The notes beneath the pieces were generated by a model. It did not search any database. It had not been told where the DNA came from and saw only the letters and a program-made list of their open reading frames with translations. From NCBI GenBank assembly GCA_051546255.1, contig CP128819.1, forward strand, positions 496,001 through 560,000: a DNA stretch of 64,000 nucleotides, in the 5' to 3' direction. Both the position numbers and the translations under genes were made by a program. The DNA comes from Meyerozyma guilliermondii (Eukaryota). Shown piece by piece: positions 62,623 through 64,000 of the stretch (positions within the stretch are counted from its first letter, which is position 1; every line of letters begins with the position of its first letter).

Positions 62623-62780
62623 GAATGTTGAGCTGAAATTCAGCGAAACATGAAGATGCTAAAATTTAAGCAGAATGTGAAGAAGCTAAATTCAGCGGAC
62701 TATCGAAGAAGCAAAGTTCAAGCAGAATGTTCAAGAAGCTGAAATTTAAGCGGAATATGAAGAATTTTTAAGTTCCAGAA
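62623..62780. repeat. Degenerate ~27-bp tandem minisatellite (5-6 copies) just after SOF1
   Basis: Units such as GAAGATGCTAAAATTTAAGCAGAATGT, GAAGAAGCTAAATTCAGCGGACTATC, GAAGAAGCAAAGTTCAAGCAGAATGTT and CAAGAAGCTGAAATTTAAGCGGAATAT. Confidence 0.8.
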
Positions 62781-63320
62781 GAACAAAGAATTCAACGATT
62801 AAAGATTCAGTATTGACACTCGACTTTGAAGAAGCTACAATTGAAAAGCTGATTTCGAAAACCAATGTGAAGAAAAAGAGGAAGAAGATAATAACGATGA
62901 GCATTTGGGAGTTCTTCGACCCTCACCATTGGACTCCACTTTTACAATTTCCATTTCAGTCTGCCCGAGCCCTGCATCCGCCGCAGATGCCGAACCTCAG
63001 CCCCGCGCAACTGTCAATGAGCCAATAGCGCCGCGGCGAATCCAACGGCCAATTTGCACCCATATATCAATGCCCATTTCTTGTAACGTTCATACCATGT
63101 AGCCCTTTTTCGAACAGCTTTTGAGTAGTATCACCTTCTTGACTCCATTGCAGTTGTTCTTTTCCAATGGTTTGGTCTGCCGTGAAAGCACCGCCAGTGC
63201 ACCAGCATTGCACCTCCATGCCTCACCCGACACTCGTTTCCTAAACCCTGTCAGCAAGTGTAGAATACCTATAAACACAAAAAAGACGGTTTAGGGTGCA
63301 AAGTCTGCTACAAGAGGGCC

Positions 63321-64000
63321 ATGCCGGACAAGCACAAGCTCAAACTTTTTTCTTTCAAACACCAGTCCGGTGATGACGAACTAGGTCCAGAGTTGTCCAA
63401 TCAGCTGACGCACGGCCGCAAGTTTTTGGGGTTCCATATCGGCCGCCACGAGTCAGGCGAACTGCTAACGTCGCCTACGCTTACGAACTCACTGGATATG
63501 GCCCATGGGCACGTTAATCATGGCGGTGGGGCAAATGGAACCGGTCCTGGAATTGGTCCATCTCCAGCGACTCTGGCAGCGCAATCTCCTGGATCTCCCA
63601 ACCATAATGGTCCACCTTCCAAGTCATCGTCTATGGTGGAACTCAAGCGTTTTTTCAAGCCGGCAAAGAAAGCTCCAACAAAAACTTACGATAACAAAAT
63701 ACACTCACCTCCCACTCTCGCCGGTGCGGGCCAACCCAACCATATTGCCCACGGCTCACAACTGCATGCTTCGCTAGCCAATCTCATCAGCCAGACGTCG
63801 TCGCAACTCTTACACAGTGCAGTGACGTCCAGCAATAAGGATCCGTTGACGGATGACGAATCGCATCTTGTGAAAAAATACGGTAAGGTGGGAAAGGAAC
63901 TTGGTTCTGGAGCGGGAGGCTCGGTCAAATTGATTGTCAGACCTTCTGATGGACGAACGTTTGCCGTTAAAGAATTTCGGCCTCGCCGTAGTACCGAATC
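63321..64000 (+). CDS. HRK1: Npr/Hal-family Ser/Thr kinase, Hrk1-like (partial, runs off the right edge; absent from the ORF track)
   Basis: ATG 63321 ([10 protein letters not shown]...) is in frame with [22 protein letters not shown]...FAVKEFR (kinase subdomains I-II). Confidence 0.85.
   Translation, partial: MPDKHKLKLFSFKHQSGDDELGPELSNQLTHGRKFLGFHIGRHESGELLTSPTLTNSLDMAHGHVNHGGGANGTGPGIGPSPATLAAQSPGSPNHNGPPSKSSSMVELKRFFKPAKKAPTKTYDNKIHSPPTLAGAGQPNHIAHGSQLHASLANLISQTSSQLLHSAVTSSNKDPLTDDESHLVKKYGKVGKELGSGAGGSVKLIVRPSDGRTFAVKEFRPRRSTE

Overview
Gene-dense 64-kb region of a budding-yeast (Saccharomycotina) nuclear chromosome from the CUG-Ser clade. CTG codons fall on conserved serines in ESA1, SOF1, PSR1, UBP8 and RRD2, so the supplied ORF track mistranslates them as Leu. 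The compact layout looks Debaryomycetaceae/Meyerozyma-like, but the species cannot be fixed from the sequence alone. About 37 protein-coding genes are recognisable: DHR2 (partial), MSY1, MET22, RIM9, AEP1, KAR5, a class-3 lipase, XRS2, CIC1, RCN1, GYP7, PPN2, RAP1, SCW4/MP65, UBP15, CAB4, an MRX1-like PPR protein, CWC22, CYC1, PLP2, UBP8, YOR1, FUB1, SOL1/2, UBC12, ECM9, PRP46, ESA1, PNT1-like, RRD2, CLP1, a Sic1-like protein, an F-box/LRR protein, PSR1, SOF1 and HRK1 (partial). XRS2 and UBC12 have tiny introns (45 and 42 nt) that the ORF track misses. The one non-housekeeping element lies between KAR5 and the lipase. It is an intact 399-aa Ty1/copia Gag-like ORF followed by a destroyed retroviral-type protease remnant, with no visible LTRs, integrase or reverse transcriptase, and is a candidate domesticated Gag. 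I recognised no tRNA, rRNA, snRNA or CRISPR. All gene names come from recalled motifs and gene order, not database searches.
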